Positions 48,501-54,500 of a DNA stretch of 64,000 nt are shown in pieces. This DNA is from an uncultured Clostridia bacterium (lineage in GTDB: Bacteria; Bacillota; Clostridia; Christensenellales; CAG-917), in the NCBI GenBank assembly GCA_949286725.1, contig CASECZ010000004.1:23159-87158 (forward strand), read 5' to 3'. Every line of letters begins with the position of its first letter. Within the stretch, counting starts at the first letter, position 1. The notes under the pieces were generated by a model, which had not been told where the DNA came from, did no database searches, and saw only the letters and a list, made by a program, of their open reading frames with translations. The translations under genes were made by a program, and so were the position numbers.

Positions 48501-51500
48501 CCGCTCAGGAACTTGACGAAGTCGGGAGTGTCGCCGAGCAAAGCGTCGATTGCAAGTTTGGTCGGATCCGCCGCGAGGGACACGCGGAAGCCGACGCCGT
48601 CGTAGAACGCGCTCTGCGTCTTGAGTTCGAGCACGAGGTCTTCGATCCAGGAGCTGACGAGAGATCCGAGGTTATAACTGTCGGATGCGGTGGATTCGAA
48701 GTACAGGATACCGCCGAGTCCCACGGTTATTCTCTGACCCTGCAACAAGTCGGTGTCGTAATCGACAAAGTCTTCGTTGCCCGTGAGTTTGAGTATGCCG
48801 TAAATGTACTGTGTGAGGTCCACGTAGCCGTTCTTTTCCTGTTCGCCGACCACAGAAGCGTTCTCGGTTGCGAAATCGAGTTCTATGCCCGATTTGGCTT
48901 CGACGTTGACGGTAAAGCCCGTCGCGGCGATGACTTCCACGCCGAGAGACAGTCCGCCGTTGCTGAGGTCGATGTAGAGCCTGCTTGCTTCGTCGAGGTC
49001 GTAGCTGTCGAAGTCAACGCTTTCGTTGCCCGTGATGAGCGCGGCAACAGCGGCGATGAGGTTGGTGTTGAAGTATGCCGAGAGAGCCAGACCGCCCGTC
49101 AGTATGTTCTGCGCGTCGTCGGGGGTGCCCGTCATTATCGAAGAACTGAGAGCGAGTTTTCTCACCAGCGCGGTCACTATGTCGAGAAGGCTCTGAGCGT
49201 CGATGCCCTCTTCACCGGCTTCGCCGGACTGCTCTTCCGCGGAAACGGCTTCCGTGCTTGCGGGGGTTTCGGGATCGGGATCGAACACGCCCAGTTTGTC
49301 GAGCATTTCGATGAGGTTGAGTTTGATCTTGGGTCCGCCGAGGCTCGCCGCGCCGCCGTCACCTTGCAGGTCGGCGTAGAGTATGCCATCGCTGAGATAC
49401 AGCGCAAGCATTGCCTCTCTGGCGCTGTCGGGGTTGAATACGAACTGTATTCCGAGTTGCAGTGCGTCTCGGAGAATTGTGATTATGTCGAGATTGTCGA
49501 ACACGCCGTCGGAGAAGTTGCCCGCCAGCAGCTGATCGAAGTTGATCGCGGTAAGGTCGAGCGCGCCCGTCAGTATGATATCGAAATTGTCGTCAATCGG
49601 GTCGTTCAAAGCAAGGTCGAGACCGAGCGCGTTGAGCAACGTGGTCACGAGCACGTTGAGGTCGCCCAGTTCGAGACCGCCGATTGCGTCCTTGATGGAC
49701 TGCATATTGAGAATTTCGCCGACGAGCTGCGAGAGGTTGAGAGGCTGACGCACCCACGTGCCGGTGGGATTCTGAACGTACGTACCGTCGGAAAGTCTGA
49801 TATAACGCTCGCTTGCGGGATACTTATTTGCCTCCTTGTCGGAGAGCTCCTGATAAGTTGCGCTTGCGGAGTACGACACGTTGAGGGTGATGTCGAAACG
49901 CACGACGCTGCTCTGCTTGTAGCTGTTGAAGTCTTTGAGAGTGCCGTCCGCTTCTTCGGTCGCGTTCTTGATTACGTTGCTGATGTCCTCGTTCTTGGAC
50001 ATACCGACGCTGGGCTTGACAATGGACAAGCCGAGACCCACGAAGCCCGCGTCGACGTCGAGGTTGAGCGAAGGCGCCGAGAAGTCGATGTCGAGTTCCG
50101 CATTGGGATTGAGGGTTTCGATGATGTTCGAAATCTCTTCCGCCTGATCGCCCGCGAGCGCGGAAATGAGCGTCGTGAGCAATTCCTTGGTAATAATGAG
50201 GCTGAGGTGATTTTCGCTGATATTGAACAGCACTTCCAACGGGTCGGAAGCTTGCTCGCCTTCTGCCGCGGCAACTGCGGAGGACGCGCCGTTCGCACTG
50301 CTGTTGTCACCCGTGTTTCCGGACATGAATTCGGCAATCTTCTGCGAAATCAGAGCGGCAAACGCGGTGTTTTCGATGGTGAAGGGGTTGGAGAACAACA
50401 CGCCGGTCACCCAGATCTGAGAACCGCGCAGATAAATGCCGAGTATGTCTTTGTCGTTGTCGAGACGGTCGGTCAGTTGCAACACGATTTCCGTCTCGGT
50501 GGGATTGATAAGATTGATGTTCGCACCCACGTACACGTTGGCGTCGAGTCTGAGGTCGTTGGAGATTTCCAGACCGAGGGCGAATTCCAGCTCCGAAACG
50601 AGCGCGGAGATGAGATCGCCGATGGGCAGTTCGTTGTTCTCGAAGTTGTCGGTATTGCCGAGTCTGACGTCAAGTTCGACGTTCGTGCTGACGGACAGCC
50701 ATTCGAGGCCGTCGTAGATGCTCTTGTATTCCTGCTCCGCAAAGTTGTCGGGCAGGACGGAATATTCGTCGCCGAAACCTACCTGGAGGTCGGACAACTC
50801 AATCCCGACGATGAAGGGATTGACGCCCAGCGAAAGCTGAATCTTGAACGGTCCGTCGCCGTACCACAGGGACACGAAGCTGTTTTCGGGAACGAGTTCG
50901 ACGAAGTTGTCGGGCAAGGTGATTGCGGGAGAACCGTCCTCGTTGGTGACGAAGGTGTTGAGGATGAACGTCACGAATTGCGCACCGAGATTGATCTTCG
51001 CGGTGCTGTTATCCATATAAATTCCGTTAATGACGTTACCTATAATATTCTGAATTATATCCAAAACATTGCTGTCTGTGCCTTCTTCGACAACGACTTC
51101 GTCCGCGGTCGTTGCAGCGGGAGTATCTTCACTATCCGAAGACGCAAGCAGAGTCGCCAGGTCGAGGTTGGGTATTTTGAGTTTGAAGTTGTTGAGCAGT
51201 CCGTCTTCCGCAGAGGAGATATAAACGTTGCTGCCGTTTTCGCCGCCGACGAGATAGACCGCGAGCAAGGGCGTCGAACCGTCGGTTATGGCACCGTCGT
51301 AGATTTCCAGAGCGATGTCGGAGTGCGAAAGGATATAATTGATGTCGGCGATGTTCGCGGCGTTGAATCTGATGTTCGCCGCAATACGGAAGCTTATCGA
51401 GGTCGATACGTTTCTGTCAATGCCGAATTTCAAGACTATCTGCGCAATCAAGGACTTAATCTGCGCGTTGACTGCGGGGTCTTGCGAAATCTGCGTATCT

Positions 51501-54500
51501 TCGAGGAAGGCGGAAATCCACTCGCCCACCGTCATCTCGTTTTCGGCGTCTGCAAGCGCGGAGAGGTTGATGGCGCCCTGAATGCTGAGATACACGCTCT
51601 CTTGCAGGACAAACGCGATGTTGCCTTTTTCGTCTTCGGAAACCGCACCGATCGTCGCATAGCCGCCGAACTGCGCCGCAGTCTCTTCGGAGATGACGAC
51701 CTGCTGTGCCGCTTTTTGAGCAAGGGCAACGCCGATTGCGTCGATGTAGATATTCAGGTTCGCGTCTTCGCCGATGCCCACGTTGACGTCAAGCAGCTTG
51801 CCGTCGGTGTCGGTGACGCCGATCTGCGTCCAGTCGACGGCGATCATCGCGCTGATTTCGGGCAGCGAGATGCCGACGAGATTGACCAGCAGTTCGGTGA
51901 GACCCTGCACCAGTTCGATGGTCATACCCTTGGAGGTAATCTGCAATGCGAAGAGCAACGCGTTTTTGTCGGTTGCTTTGCCCGCATCGGAATCGGGGCT
52001 TACCGCCTCCGCAGTCGTGACGCCTGCGCCTTCGTTGCCGCTGCCGCTGTCTGCGAGCAGGGACATGATGAGCGAAACTATGTCGACGTCGAGTGCGACG
52101 GGCGCGATGCCGAGCGCGTTTGCGTCAACGTAAAGTTTGCCGTCCTTGTAATAGATGGCGATACGGGGGGACGTGCCGTCGTCGAGCACGAGCGAAAGTT
52201 CCGTGCCGTTGACGTAGTCCGCGGGCAGCGTCTGACCGAGGAAGTCCGCGAGAATGGGAGCAAGGTCGACCTTCGCTTTGAGCGAGAGACCGTAGTCCAG
52301 AGTTATGTTTTCGCCGACTTCGATGGAGCCGAAGTCTTCGGGCAGTTTGATTTCGCCCGCGTTGATCTGACCGCCGATGCCCGCGCCGAGAGAGAGGTAG
52401 ACATAGGGATTGGCGAAGAAATCGGAGAACTGCTCCTCGTCGGGAGCGGTTATGTAATTGATGTCGTTGACGGCGCAGTTGATGCCGCCGATGCTGACGC
52501 CCATGTCGAACACGTCGCCCACGCCGAGCGCGACTTCGAGTTCGAGTTCGGTGAGGTTGAGACCGTCTTTCAACGTGATGCTGATGCCGCTGCCGTCGTC
52601 GATCGTAAGATCGCCGCCGTCCGCGCCTTCGATGGTGAGACCTTTGACGTCAAGCAATGCAAACAGCTGAGAAATCAATCCCGTTGCAAGATATACGTCG
52701 ATGTAGGTGTCGCCGATGCGAACTCCCGCAAGAGCCGCTATCAACAGACCCATGACGTCGATGGAAGAATTTTCTTCCGCCGCGGAAACCGCCTGAGAAC
52801 CCGCAGGCTGTTCCGGGAACAGACCGGCAAGCATGGGACCGATGTCCATCTTGACCGCCATGCCGCCGAGCAGAGCTTCGTCCGTCTTGATGTAAAGCAC
52901 ACCCTGCATCAGCCACAGTTCGAGAGGTGCCGAACCGTCGGAAACTTCGAGTGCGATGTGGAAGTTGGAAGAGGTGATGAGCGAAGCAACGGAGCCGGAA
53001 CCCGCGATGAGGTCGCCGAGTCCGCCGAGTTCCGCCTGAATGACGAGCGTCGCGTCTGCGCCGAAAGCCTCGGTGAACGCCGCCATAACGGTGAGAATGA
53101 GGTCGGTGCCGTTGTCGTATTTGATGTCCGCGAGTTTGCTTGCGTCGGCAGAAATGTTGACGCCGATTTCGAGACCGAAGCCTATTGTGTCGACGTTCTT
53201 GAATAGCGTGGAAATATCCGCATTGTCGAGGTCGGCAAGCACGGCACGCAACTCGTCAAAGCTCACGAGAGGTATGTATTTGCCCGCTTCGTTGGCGGCT
53301 CTGCAATCGGCAATGGTCTGATCGAACAATTCGGAATCGCGCACGGAGCCGAACTGCGCAGCGATGTTGACGCCGAGACCCGCAACAGTGGTGTTGTCCA
53401 CGCCGAGGTTGACGCCGAGGTCGAAGTTCTTGAGTGCGCCAAAGCCGTCGTTGGTGTATTCGAGTTTCACGTCGCCTACGATCGGGATCTTCGCGCCCGC
53501 GTTATCGCCCGTGAACACGAGACCGAAGATGTAGTCGAGAATGGACTGCGTCAGCGTAACGGTAACGCCCTGAATATTGAAGATGTTACCGTCCATATTG
53601 ACGTCGATGTTGTTGATGATCGCGACGATGAGTCCGATGGTGTCCTGAATGGCGGCACCGTTGTCGTCGGCGGTCACGCCGCGAACGATGTCACCTTCGG
53701 CAATCGCCTGCTCGGCACGCGCCACGTAGTCGGCAACGGCTTCCTGCTCGGATGCGGAAAGACCGGAAATGCCGTCCTTTATAGTTGTGATGAGCTGATC
53801 GATGAGGTCGCCGAGAACGGCGTTGAGGTTGAGCCCCGTGACCTTGAACATACCCGTGCCGAGTATGCCGCTGAGGTCGACGTAGAGAGCCTGATCCGCA
53901 CCGACGTAAGCGATGCGTGCGCGCACCTGACCCTGTTGCCCCGTCAGTTCGACGACGAGGTTGGTCTGTGCGGAATCGCGCATATTGAGTCCGCCCTTGA
54001 CGGTTATGTTGAGCCCCTGATTGAGGTCGTCAAAGACGATTTCCTTGGTTTTGAGCGCTTCGGGAAGTTCGGAATAACCGGGAATGAGACCGGAAATGAG
54101 CGTACCGAACGCGCCGACGATGCTGTCGACGGTGTGGGTGCCCTGTTTGAGAAGTACGTCGAGTCCGATCGTCAGATCGAAGGTGAGGAGGGAATATTCA
54201 CCGAGCGAAGTGATGTCGAGGCCTCTGCCGCCCGCACTCTCGGGTTCCCCTTCGGGAGCCTTGGCGTCGGTGAGATACAACGCGTTGTTGATGACGGGAG
54301 TGCCGTAATTGATGGTACGTGCGCCGAGACTGAGGTCGAGCTGGCTCTGAATGATGCCGTAGGAACCTTCCAGCGCCGTGCCGGTGGTATCGAACGCCAT
54401 ACCCACGTCAAAGGACGAGGAAAGCAACCTGTCGTTTTTGATTTCGGAAACGAGGTAGAGAGAAACGGATTCGGGAACGAGCGCCGCAAGCATGTTGAGG

